Source: Schizochytrium sp. TIO01 (lineage: Eukaryota; Protista; Bigyra: Labyrinthulomycetes). From it: a stretch of 64,000 bases of DNA. The notes under the pieces were generated by a model. That model had not been told where the DNA came from. It saw nothing but the letters and a program-made list of their open reading frames with translations, and made no database searches. The DNA lies in the NCBI GenBank assembly GCA_004764695.1, contig SMSO01000032.1, positions 7,596,483-7,660,482 on the forward strand, read 5' to 3'. Shown here piece by piece: positions 54,094-64,000 of the stretch. The stretch's first letter is position 1; every line of letters begins with the position of its first letter. The position numbers and the translations under genes are program-made.

Positions 54094-55728
54094 TCAGTCC
54101 GCGAGCGAAACCCTCTTGATATCCGCAACCCCCTGCTTGCGTAATTTCGCTCGAATGACTGGCATGTCTTGGCGTGAAACACCGAAATCGTCCAATACCT
54201 CAACTACCTCTTGAGAGCCATCCATGTGCTCGACCAGAACGCGGATATTCGTCGTATTGGTGCACCAACCCTCACCACCAGATATATGCCATGCATTTCT
54301 CATCATTAATTCAAAGTAATCGTCATCATCAATGCTGGCGGAGACATCACGATAATAGTGAACAAACTCGTCGCGTGTAATTACCCCATCACCACGCTGG
54401 CCCTTGTTTCCAGCTCCATTATCCCACTGAGCAATAAATTCTTTGATGATATCCTCATGTGTTTTAACACCGTCGATAACTTCAGGATGAAAACTTGTAT
54501 CATAAAATCCAGCAAGTTCTTGAAGTGTGACAGTTCCACTCTTGTCAATGTCTAGCACATCATAGGCCATAAGAATGATCTTCAAACGCCGCTTTGTAAG
54601 AGGTCCACGCAAAGCAACAAGAAATTCATTTAAATCAACAGTACCATCTTGATTACCATCCAGATGTTCAAACAGCATTTCTAGCTGCCCAGAGTCTAAA
54701 GAAACCCCAAACTTTCGAAGCCCATTTTGCAGCTCACTACGACTGAGTTTACCATCTCGTGAGGTATCCATAAACCTGAACTCTCTACTGATTTCACGAA
54801 TTCCATACATCGAGATTTCTGATGTTTTCGTTCGTTCACAAACAATTAATTTAATTTTGCGCAGAAGCTCCTTCGGCTTGGTAATGCGAGCAGGGAGCTT
54901 TCGCTGCTCAATCGCTGCCTGGGGAGTTTGCGCAAGCTCGAAAGCCCAGGCGTATATCATTCTTGGGTTTGCACGGTTCCGTTGTTTAGCAAGCTCAAGG
55001 CCACAGCTAACATTGTGCATCAATTGGGCTTGGTCTGCAGCTTCAAGACCTAAAGGCATATTTGTCATGCAGTTCTTCAGAGAAATAGGATCAAGGCTAA
55101 AAACGAGCTTATTCTTTGATAAGACATTGTCGCGAGCATGTGGATCCGAAATGAGAGCACACTGGGAAGGTGCTGCAAACCAATGTGTGCGTGGATCTTG
55201 ATCGTTTTGGGTCAAAGATACCACATGTTGTTGGCCGTACATGGACCCTTCAGATTTAAGATATAGAGGAGCGCCCATCATATTTATGTCTTCGTTCATC
55301 ACTAAAGCTGGGTTGCAAGCAAGCTGAAAGGGCTGGCCATAGTGGAGTTTAGTAGCTTGTGTACGATCATACGTATCTACCTCGATGGATTTCAGCTTCG
55401 TAAGTATAAAAGTTGCTTTCGCCATCGGCCGAGCGTGGTCGGAAGAAGCTTGATCCTCCTCTACACGTTCATCTTGTGAACCAGAGTGCTCTGCAAATAC
55501 AGCACATTCCCCAGGATTCACCTCGCTCCAAATATCAGTTGTAAGTCTACAACCAGTCTCTAAATGGCGGAGGACTATCACGCTTCCCAAGTCAATCGTT
55601 CCATCTTTCGAATAGGAATGGGCTACTCGCTGGTTGCCTTTTGCTAAGCGTTGTTGATGCCGAACTTGCTCTCTTTCTCTGAGCTCTTCAGCCGTGTTAA
55701 GAAGGCCTGTGGCGTACAGTCGACTCAT
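54094..55728 (-). CDS. CFAP161-like N-terminal domain fused to a calcyphosin-like EF-hand domain
   Basis: EF-hands DTSRDGKLSRSE, DGNQDGTVDLNE, DIDKSGTVTLQE and DGVITRDE. Calcyphosin signature SASIDDDDYFELMMRNAWHISGGEG. The N-terminal DGTIDLG...ATFIL...LHYGQPF...LYLKS resembles CFAP161. Confidence 0.82.
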   Translation of the reverse strand: MSRLYATGLLNTAEELREREQVRHQQRLAKGNQRVAHSYSKDGTIDLGSVIVLRHLETGCRLTTDIWSEVNPGECAVFAEHSGSQDERVEEDQASSDHARPMAKATFILTKLKSIEVDTYDRTQATKLHYGQPFQLACNPALVMNEDINMMGAPLYLKSEGSMYGQQHVVSLTQNDQDPRTHWFAAPSQCALISDPHARDNVLSKNKLVFSLDPISLKNCMTNMPLGLEAADQAQLMHNVSCGLELAKQRNRANPRMIYAWAFELAQTPQAAIEQRKLPARITKPKELLRKIKLIVCERTKTSEISMYGIREISREFRFMDTSRDGKLSRSELQNGLRKFGVSLDSGQLEMLFEHLDGNQDGTVDLNEFLVALRGPLTKRRLKIILMAYDVLDIDKSGTVTLQELAGFYDTSFHPEVIDGVKTHEDIIKEFIAQWDNGAGNKGQRGDGVITRDEFVHYYRDVSASIDDDDYFELMMRNAWHISGGEGWCTNTTNIRVLVEHMDGSQEVVEVLDDFGVSRQDMPVIRAKLRKQGVADIKRVSLAD

Positions 55729-56563
55729 ATTTCTGAACTGGAATTTAGGATATGATCAACAACCAAATCTTCTTCTGTTTGCACAACGTTGCTTCTCGCA
55801 AGTTGCTTCTTTAGAAATCTTTTTTACTTTCTGTCTTCAAATTTATGCAATAACCAAAGTTTCCTTGGGATGATACTATGTCTCCCCTTTTGCTCCAGTT
55901 GTGGTGGTAGCCTTGTCTTATAAAAAATGAACGTTGCCAGCTAGCACAATTAATCTAGTTTGCCTCAATAATTTAGACAGAGCCCCTACTTATGAATTGT
56001 AGGGCTGTTCCACTCTACTTGGTTGAACTGTAGAGCAATAGTTTATACACTCACTTCTTTCCTTCTGCAGAAATTGTATGCGCATGTAACATCTGCTTTC
56101 ATGTCGGAAGAAGACAGACAAGGAGGTTTTTTAATAGGCCCTATGTCCTTTTTGCTTTCATCTAAAAATGATCCGTTGGGTTTCCCGTCTGCCTAAAATG
56201 CGTTGTGCACGGCCGTTGCCGCTAAGAAGAGAAAGAAAACTAAGAGAAAAGAACACAAGGCCAACCCAGTTAAATTCTTGCATGTCTTCCAGAGTCAGGT
56301 AAGCACCGAATTCCTAACTTTCGTTTGACAAGATAATCTGGGACAGTGCCGACCCTTTGGACAGCGTTAACACAGGGCTACCTCTCTTGCCAAGTATATA
56401 TTGCTTGGCTCTTGGAGAAAGAAACGGCCGCAACGTGTGAGCTCGGTTGCAGAGGAGCGCCATCGAGCATCTACTCTATACCGAGAAAGGCTTCAACACT
56501 GCCCAGGCCGATTGACAAGCCCCGTTTATCTGAAGTACCACATAGGGAGTTGCGGTACGAGAT

Positions 56564-57928
56564 ATGATCTACAAATTGCCCCACATGCCTAGCCCTGCGT
56601 TGAAGAGTACCCCCTCAACTCAAAGTGTTCAGAAAGGACAGCAAAAGGAACTCCAGCAAAGCGTAATGAACTCAGAATCGACTCGTGTTGATGAGCAGGA
56701 GGGCAAGGACGCTATGATCGAGAGACTTGTACAAGAGATTGAAGCTCGTATGAATGCTTCGGAGAATCAGCCTGTACCTGAGAATAGCGTCGATGTGGAT
56801 ACACTTTATCAAAAAGCAGAGAATTTAATTCAGGAATTGGGTATAGACAAAGGTGCAGCACCTCGCCATGTGAGAGCGACTAGGCTGTACTGCTATGCTA
56901 GGATGAAAATTGCGCAAGGCCAACCTGGGGCGAAAGAGCTTTTATTCCAGGCTGTTAAGCTCCATCCGCGACGAGCAGGAGTATGGAATTGCCTCGCTGA
57001 GCTGCTTTGGCGTGATGGAGATTTGAAACAAGCTCATGATTGCTTGTTGTCTTCCCTTGAACAATCGCCAGACAACGTCACACTTCGCAATCTCTCAATG
57101 CTTTTACGAAAGCTTGAGGGGTCTGCTAAGGAGAAGGCAGATCATATGAGTGAAAGTGTTATTAGGGCCAAAGAAGCAGTTGCTCTTGACATAAATGATG
57201 CTGAGTCTTGGTATGTGTTGGCTAATGCCTACATGGCAATGTTTTTTGCAATGTCCCATGATCATCGTGATCTTGAATCGGCTTTGAAAGCGTACTATCG
57301 AAGTGAAAATCTTGAGACTGGAAGGAATAATCCTGATCTTTTTTATAATCGAGCACAGGTCTTAGCATTTATGGAACATTTTTCTTCTGCCATAGCAGAC
57401 TATGAACGCGCTGACATGCTGGACAAAAGTCTTGGTGCTGGTGCTCTTGCTAAATCTTTACGGGAACAAGTAAAATCTACGGCAATGCATATTGATTCAA
57501 AAGGTCGGATCAAACCTAAACGTCTCGCTACGCTTAGGGCTTCATTGGAGGAGTATATTGCACAGCCTGGGCATGAACAAATCTCAGTCTGTGATTTAGA
57601 CGAAGGCCCTAATACAAATATCAATATCCATGTCAAAGTTCTCATGGGAATAAGTGCATCAGGTAGCCCAGTATCTACGTTTCTTGCTCTTGATTACAAA
57701 GGTAATATCTTTGCACTTTCTATTTTTCATCTCGACGAAACTACACAGTCCCGCTTGGGAAGCGCAAAAGAGAACATTTCAATTTCAGATCCTCTACTGC
57801 GCACCACCATATTAGATAATCACCGTTATCAGAGTATTCAAGTCCAGCATCCTGCTCACGTTTCACTAAATGGCAGGCAGCTACACTCTGCCTTTGCTCA
57901 CGCATCAATGGCCACCTCTACAATATAG
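56564..57928 (+). CDS. TTC5: Tetratricopeptide repeat protein 5 (TPR plus C-terminal OB fold)
   Basis: AVKLHP...WNCLAELLWRDGD, LRNLSMLLR, AKEAVALDINDAESWYVLANAY, NPDLFYNRA and KGRIKPKRL match the recalled TTC5 pattern. The start could be the ATG at 56564 or a nearby downstream ATG. Confidence 0.88.
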   Translation: MIYKLPHMPSPALKSTPSTQSVQKGQQKELQQSVMNSESTRVDEQEGKDAMIERLVQEIEARMNASENQPVPENSVDVDTLYQKAENLIQELGIDKGAAPRHVRATRLYCYARMKIAQGQPGAKELLFQAVKLHPRRAGVWNCLAELLWRDGDLKQAHDCLLSSLEQSPDNVTLRNLSMLLRKLEGSAKEKADHMSESVIRAKEAVALDINDAESWYVLANAYMAMFFAMSHDHRDLESALKAYYRSENLETGRNNPDLFYNRAQVLAFMEHFSSAIADYERADMLDKSLGAGALAKSLREQVKSTAMHIDSKGRIKPKRLATLRASLEEYIAQPGHEQISVCDLDEGPNTNINIHVKVLMGISASGSPVSTFLALDYKGNIFALSIFHLDETTQSRLGSAKENISISDPLLRTTILDNHRYQSIQVQHPAHVSLNGRQLHSAFAHASMATSTI

Positions 57929-58688
57929 AGGCAAAGGCATAATTCAAAGCAGCTCCTTCTTGCTTTCTCAAAATAATAGTAATTATAAGTATACAAAGGA
58001 AAAATGGTATCTACTAGGTTTTTTATTTTTTCAGCTTTTCAAGAAATAGTGTCTAGTAATTCTTCATGGAAACATGAATGCAACAACAAGGAAAAGTTGA
58101 GGCTTTGAGAGGAACCCACAACCGAAGCATTTTGAACCAGTAAGTAAGACTTAGCTCCTCAAAACCTAATCATGTCTAAGGTCAGATATACTGGAAAGAA
58201 AGTTTTGGAGGTTGGGTTAGCCGGCGTCCCCGTTTCCTTCCTTGCTTCTTGATAAAATTTATAAATCTTGTGAGAGCGTCAACGCATTCATTAAAAACAC
58301 CATGAAAACGGACATTTTTTTTTTCCCTTTAAAAACATTTTTTTCCAATAAATTAAAAATGTTTACATACACACATAGATATTGCAAATATTGAACATAC
58401 ATTTTGTTTAGAGGAAGCTAGATTTTGGTCAGACAGTATCACAAGTTCTCAGACTGAATTGCTTTATAGTGCAATAACGATTATCACTCTGTTGAGCTTA
58501 CGGAACAAAATCACATGCTATGATTACGAAACAAAACGTGTCCAGAGTCAGAAAAGTGCTGGTTCATAAGAGGAATCCTTAAGGTCGAGAAATTGTGAGA
58601 GCTTCTCATGTTGCCAAGTGAAAAGTAAACAGGCAGAGCAAAAAATCAAATCTGCATTATTGGTCATATGGATAGAATTTGAGATGCC

Positions 58689-59984
58689 ATGGCAGAAATC
58701 ATCCTAGAAGAAACTACATTTTCAGCGCCTCGGGTAGGGAGATCGACAGTCTTTTTACAGCAACAAGAAAGTAAAATAGATGAGCGTGGAGAGTTTGGAC
58801 CTCGGGAAAGGGGCATTCTCGCCCTAAGAACTGCGCTCTATTCTGTGTCACCATCTGCAAGACGAGAACTCCGGGCGGTTGTGAGAAATGCCAAAGCTAA
58901 TAAGAAGCGCTCACGATGTCTCTTGTACGAGGATTTAATGCGCGCATTATCAAGTATCAATGTACGGCTCTCCAACCATGCCCTTGCAGATCTTCGTGTT
59001 GACATGAAGTTGGACGATATTGAAGACATTATCAATGACCTTGAACAAGATGCCAGCATGAACATAAGAAGGGGCTCCCCCAATGCACAAATGGACGCTC
59101 GATGCCTTGCAAAACAGCCCTTTGCTGTCTCAGATGAAACAAATCCTTTTTGGATTCGGCAACCTCGAATAACAGCAATCTCTCTCCAAGGGCTACCGCG
59201 AACCCCTCGGGTTTTAAGGCGAAGTCGGATCGCCCAGGCAAACTGCAGCGACAGTATTTTTGATGAGGAGTTGCAGGGCTATAAGGAAACGAGTGAAGAG
59301 GCAAAGTCCCCATCTGTTTTGATAGGTGGCAGAGGCTCACAGCCATCGTCAAGCCGCCGTGGATCATTTATTGCCATGGCTTTACAAGGAGATCCAGAAG
59401 GTGAACTCGCAGAAATTACTTCTCTTTACATGAGCATAGATAGTGCAAAGCCGCCCACAAAAAAGCAGCTACGTGCCTTGGAGGCACAGACGCTCGCCCG
59501 GCCAAATACACCCGAGTTTATCCGGCAAGCCCAGCAGGGCGCCAAAAGCTATACAAAACGGGCGCGAAGCAAAGGTCGAAGGCATGACTTTGAATTCGGC
59601 AACAACGGTGGCGACCACCTGATGCGAGACTCTCCTCTTCAACACGTAGGAAAGGCACAGACTCGAAGCAGGGGAGTTAAAAAGAACCAACGTGTCGTGA
59701 AACAGGTGAATGGAGCAGATCAAAATGAAATAGGGACTTTGAAAGCAAAGAATGCGGTGCTTGCAGCAGAAGCAGAAGTAAAAAAAGCTGCAGCAGCGGG
59801 AATAAATCAAGGTATACACGAGGAGAAAGAAGCCGAGGAGGGCATCGAGAAGATCTTTGCGGCATCGCGAAGACTAGGGAAACAGTTGCGGCGGGAGGCC
59901 CGTGATCTAGAACAGGTGGCCTCTACGGCACAAACAGCTTTGCGTACACAGGCGCTCATCCCTGCAAAGTTGCATAAAGGATAA
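58689..59984 (+). CDS. Hypothetical protein (basic, partly disordered, C-terminal coiled coil)
   Basis: 431-aa ORF with a strong start context (GCCATGG). No family recognised. Confidence 0.7.
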   Translation: MAEIILEETTFSAPRVGRSTVFLQQQESKIDERGEFGPRERGILALRTALYSVSPSARRELRAVVRNAKANKKRSRCLLYEDLMRALSSINVRLSNHALADLRVDMKLDDIEDIINDLEQDASMNIRRGSPNAQMDARCLAKQPFAVSDETNPFWIRQPRITAISLQGLPRTPRVLRRSRIAQANCSDSIFDEELQGYKETSEEAKSPSVLIGGRGSQPSSSRRGSFIAMALQGDPEGELAEITSLYMSIDSAKPPTKKQLRALEAQTLARPNTPEFIRQAQQGAKSYTKRARSKGRRHDFEFGNNGGDHLMRDSPLQHVGKAQTRSRGVKKNQRVVKQVNGADQNEIGTLKAKNAVLAAEAEVKKAAAAGINQGIHEEKEAEEGIEKIFAASRRLGKQLRREARDLEQVASTAQTALRTQALIPAKLHKG

Positions 59985-60078
59985 GCTATTTAGTTACAAT
60001 ATTCTTCTTCCGTTTGTTGCATTTCACATTACTTTCTGGATCTCGGATGTAGTCCCGATAGATAATATATCCCTAGTT

Positions 60079-61923
60079 TCACCTTTTGTTCCACCCCACA
60101 AAGTTCATTGGTAGCATTGGAATACGATTCTGACGCTTCTCTGTCATGCGCAGAGTCAATGCTGTCCGGCCAATTTTCAGATGCACAGGTGTTTCAGGAA
60201 CCAGATCTATTGCCTCCTTGACCTGCAAGTAGGTGCCTCCTAGGGAGTTACAATCTGACAGCTTGAACTCACGTGACTCATGGTCAAAACGCAGGCGTGC
60301 ATGGATGCTGCCAACGGAGCGGTCCCCAAGGCAGACATCTGCATCGGAATCGCGCCCAATGGAGGCCTCATTGCGATCTGCAAAACTAAGACGGAAGCGA
60401 CGAGTACCAATCCACGACTGTCCACGCCGATGACGCACGACCTTCAACTCGATATTAGGAGGTGGTGATGAGAAGTGTTGCGGAAGAGGACCATTGCAGA
60501 TCGAGCAATGGCCAGATCCACTACTTTTAATCCAAGTGAGAAGACAGTTTAGGTGTACGTAGCGGGAGCTTCCAGAACACTTGCCGCAAGGGTTACGAAT
60601 AAGTGGGTTAGCACGCTTTCCATCAGGGCGGCGAGACTTATTCTCAAGGTCTTGTGCGAGGGGTAAATTGTTGTTCTTTGGGGACTCAACATTAGACTCT
60701 TCCTCGTCATCCGAGACTAGGCTGGAGTCTGGTCCTCCCCAGCAAATATAGCACATGGCGTCATCATCGTCGTCATCCTCAGCATGTTGGTGGTCATCGA
60801 TATCCACATCGGACTCAACTTCATGTTCGTCAAGTGTTGCCCGACGTCCATCAATGTCGGCGTCTGCTTCTTCGTGAGAAGTTCCTCCTTCGACAGATCC
60901 ATCACTATCGGCATCTGTTTTGGCAGCATTGGGATCTTTCGCAGCCTTGTCACTATCATTAGCCTTGGCAGAATGATCTTGAATGCTCCGCACAGATCCG
61001 CGGCCATTGGAATTGCTGTTGCTGATCTCTACAGCAAAGCGCTCAACAAAGTCATCGTTCTCATTGGTGCACATGTTAATTACTTCCAAACTAACCGAGC
61101 CAACCTTGATAACCGAGCCAACCTGGATGGTGGTTTCACTTGCTCCACGTCTCGCAGGTTCGACCAATTCATACATGCGTGCCTTCGGCGTCAAACGAAT
61201 GCCCGAGATACCGTTAATGTTGATGGGGGCGATGATGGCATTGAGCTCAGCACACCTATCGTCGTCCAGCAGAAGGTCGCAATGCCCGCCTCGGGTTGAA
61301 GACGATGCTGGAGCACGGCCGACTGTGAACGTGCTTCCAGGTTTTGCATCGTAGTATAGAACCTTGCGTGTCACGCGTGAAGAGCTATGGAGGCGTGTGC
61401 GAGCCTTGATGACAACATGCCAATGATTGTGGTTGCCACGAGGAGATGCGGCTCTGGCGCCAATTGAGCCAGAAACAGCTCCGGTGCCTTCTGAAGGGCT
61501 CTCGTATTGTAGGCTATCAGAGCCTGCCGGATAAGAAGCCGCTCGCATGCGCAGGTGACGATCATCCTCATCCTCGTCCTCATCTTCGTCAGTATGCACG
61601 TGAGCAACAGCAGGGGTGCCGGCGTCTTCGTCATTCAGGTATCCTCGACCGTTGTTTGCAGCATCATTCTGATGATTGTTAATGTTGTTATTGTTAGTGT
61701 TGTTTTGAGCATTGTTGTAAGCATTATTAGCAGCCACGGCAGTGTCATCGGATTCTACAGTTGGAGGCGAGGGAGGAGTGGCTTCTTCAGCACGAGAGGA
61801 TGATCTGCCCAGGGACCTGGAGCTTGAAAAACGGCTACTTCCAGAGGCTGCCAGAGCTCGAGCAGTGCCTGCTGCCCCGCTCATGATGCCTCCGGAACCA
61901 GAGCTAGAGTTAGAGTTGCCCAT
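60079..61923 (-). CDS. N-myristoylated FHA-RINGv-FHA E3 ubiquitin ligase
   Basis: MGNSNS myristoylation motif. RINGv/C4HC3: CYICW...PCGKCSGSSRYVHLNCLLTWI...CSIC. C-terminal FHA: IGRD...D-x-SV-x-x-IHA...SLGGTY. Degenerate N-terminal FHA (FTVGR). Confidence 0.88.
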   Translation of the reverse strand: MGNSNSSSGSGGIMSGAAGTARALAASGSSRFSSSRSLGRSSSRAEEATPPSPPTVESDDTAVAANNAYNNAQNNTNNNNINNHQNDAANNGRGYLNDEDAGTPAVAHVHTDEDEDEDEDDRHLRMRAASYPAGSDSLQYESPSEGTGAVSGSIGARAASPRGNHNHWHVVIKARTRLHSSSRVTRKVLYYDAKPGSTFTVGRAPASSSTRGGHCDLLLDDDRCAELNAIIAPININGISGIRLTPKARMYELVEPARRGASETTIQVGSVIKVGSVSLEVINMCTNENDDFVERFAVEISNSNSNGRGSVRSIQDHSAKANDSDKAAKDPNAAKTDADSDGSVEGGTSHEEADADIDGRRATLDEHEVESDVDIDDHQHAEDDDDDDAMCYICWGGPDSSLVSDDEEESNVESPKNNNLPLAQDLENKSRRPDGKRANPLIRNPCGKCSGSSRYVHLNCLLTWIKSSGSGHCSICNGPLPQHFSSPPPNIELKVVRHRRGQSWIGTRRFRLSFADRNEASIGRDSDADVCLGDRSVGSIHARLRFDHESREFKLSDCNSLGGTYLQVKEAIDLVPETPVHLKIGRTALTLRMTEKRQNRIPMLPMNFVGWNKR

Positions 61924-63679
61924 TTTTCAGGTTTTGGTGTTTGTGAATTCCGCCTTGGAAAAAGCAACCCCAATACTTCCACAACCTAATAGTACAGATG
62001 TCCGGCTTAAAGAATCAGCTTTTGCTTTGGTCTTTAATTTCCCACTCTGTATTTGTAGTGGGTCTGGTAAATAGATGTCGAAAGGAGAGAGAATAGCTGT
62101 GCCACAGAAATACTCTTACTCAAGAAAGGGTTTAATTTCAATCCTGGGTATCTGATCGAGACAGTGTCCGCTCTAAATTGACGCTTGGAAACGGCTGCAC
62201 CAACACAAGTGCAAAGTATGTAGAGCAAACTAGGTAAGGCAGGATGCGGATGAGACTGAACGAAACAACGACGCGGTCTCCGTGATGATGAGGTCTCTTT
62301 GCGATACGTCGCTGCAGCTTAGCGAATCAATGCACAGTGAACTCGAGCGAGGGGCGTGGCGATTAAAGAATCCCGCAACGGACGCTTCAGCCTCGAGCGT
62401 CTGCGTTGAAATATATAATATATAGGTCAATACAAGGAATAGGAGAAGAAGAAGAAGGCGCCGAGATGGAGGAGGGGACCTCGCTCGGTCGCGAATGCCA
62501 AGCAGCCTGTCCGTGGAGGGTGCGGGGGAAGTGGGTGAAGACGCGCCAACCAAGCGAAGCAGACAGCGCGTGGAGAGAGTGGCGCTTATCTCCGCGGCCT
62601 CCCTCTCTCTGCCTGCGTGCGAGCGTGCGTGCGCGAGGCGTGAAGGCTGTTTGTCTGCCTTTCTCTCTCTCTTTTCCCTCTCTTTTTCTTACAATTAAAA
62701 AGACTCTTTTTGTTTTCTAAAGAATAAAATTGATGAAGAATTTTATGATTTTTAAAAATTAAAAACCCACTCGAAATACTAGTTCCACAATAGGTAACCC
62801 CTAACCCACTACATACTTCGAACATACTTAGAACATGAATAGAACTGACACCGAGTTTACATAGCTCATCTGATATGGTGTGAATGGAACACTGCTGTCG
62901 TTCAATTGAACGCGACAGCTAGCACTTCCTTATGACCTTCCTACTCCCGAGAAAGAACACTTGCTATTGATGTAAATCATAAAAGTAACTTTGATCTTAT
63001 TATTTTTTTATATTAAAAATATATATACAGAATAATCTGTGAATCATTCAATCGTGAGGATTGATTCTTCATGTGTGAAATAAATAATAATAATAAGGGC
63101 ACAATCTAAAGTGCCACAGAGCCCTTTCTTTCAGATTGTGCAGGAGGTAGGTAGCTACTGGCTTGTTCTTCTCCTTGCCGGCAATTGCTTTTACGATGCT
63201 GCTTGTTTGTTTGAGTCCTCCACATTCCACATTTCTCTCTCCCCTCATTTCAAGAGGTACCTGCTTAAGTACCTCGCCCTTCTGAGTGTGTGCGTGCAGG
63301 TATGGATGCAGCAGGTTTTGCCTAGCCAAGGACTAGGAAGACGCCTACCCTAAGGATCAAAGTGGAGACGCCTCAAAACGATCTGCGAGTCTCACTTTTT
63401 CTTTCAAGTTTCCTCCTACGGCCCTCCTACCGAAGTCACTAGGGCGGGCCCATCCCTCCCTCCTCCAAGTAAAGTTTGTTTCATAAGCGACAAAGAACTC
63501 TTTTATGAACGAGAAGTTCAAGTTCATCTATTTCATTCGCTGTCGTATTGTATAATTCATATTAAACTTTCATTTTTGGACTTTTCATTCATTGCCTGCT
63601 TTCCTTTAGTCAGGTTCCTTTCTACCTGTAGGTAAGTGAGTGAGTAAGTAAGCAATTAAGTGAATAATTCGAGTTGATG

Positions 63680-63742
63680 GAATGAATGAATGAATGAATG
63701 AATGAATGAATGAATGAATGAATGAATGAATGAATGAATGAA
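63680..63742. repeat. (GAAT)n microsatellite, about 15-16 units
   Basis: Read directly from the sequence. Confidence 0.97.
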
Positions 63743-63964
63743 CGACTCATGAAAAGCCGCGGAGAAAAGAACAGTGCGTTCGACAGTTCCGATGAGCCTC
63801 CCTCCTCTCCTCCCTTCTCACAGGTTCTCTTTCTTTCCGCCTCGGCCCTTTAAGAAATGGCCACTCCCTTCTCAATGGCCTATCATGAATGAATATCGCA
63901 TTCTCTGCGTCTGGGACTGACTGAGCCTTCCGCTGCGTTGGTCCTGAATCGCCACGATAGTCGG

Positions 63965-63983
63965 TCTCTCTCTCTCTCTCTCT
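63965..63983. repeat. (TC)n microsatellite within a pyrimidine tract
   Basis: Read directly from the sequence. Confidence 0.9.
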
Positions 63984-64000
63984 CTTTCTCTTTCTCTTTC

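Noticed and set aside
1-64000. CRISPR arrays, tRNA and rRNA genes
   Set aside because: No repeat-spacer periodicity and no tRNA or rRNA signatures were seen by eye. A covariance-model scan would be needed to exclude small ncRNAs.

Overview
Eukaryotic, intron-poor, gene-dense genomic DNA. The gene repertoire (7TM-RGS, FHA-RINGv, PqiA-like membrane protein, calcyphosin, UFC1) suggests a stramenopile, probably a thraustochytrid/labyrinthulomycete; this is inference. About 20 protein-coding genes are supported. They include mitochondrial EF-G1, a domesticated piggyBac-derived gene, a WD40 protein, an LRR protein, an NADP-dependent alcohol dehydrogenase, MSH6, USP39/SAD1, LMF, a GNAT, 7TM-RGS, UFC1, a histidine phosphatase, a CFAP161-calcyphosin fusion, TTC5 and FHA-RINGv. 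The main hidden feature, visible in the ORF track only as one uninformative fragment, lies at about 43.4-44.3 kb on the minus strand. It is a decayed, internally deleted IS607-type element: an HTH plus serine-recombinase TnpA remnant is joined directly to the C-terminal half of a Fanzor2/TnpB RNA-guided nuclease, followed by a candidate omegaRNA/right end. Other notable architectures are a membrane-anchored mini-protein with a BAG6-like C-terminus and a PEX19-like helix, and an APAF-1/NACHT-like WD40 protein lacking its NTPase. All homologies come from manual translation and recalled motifs; no database search was run.
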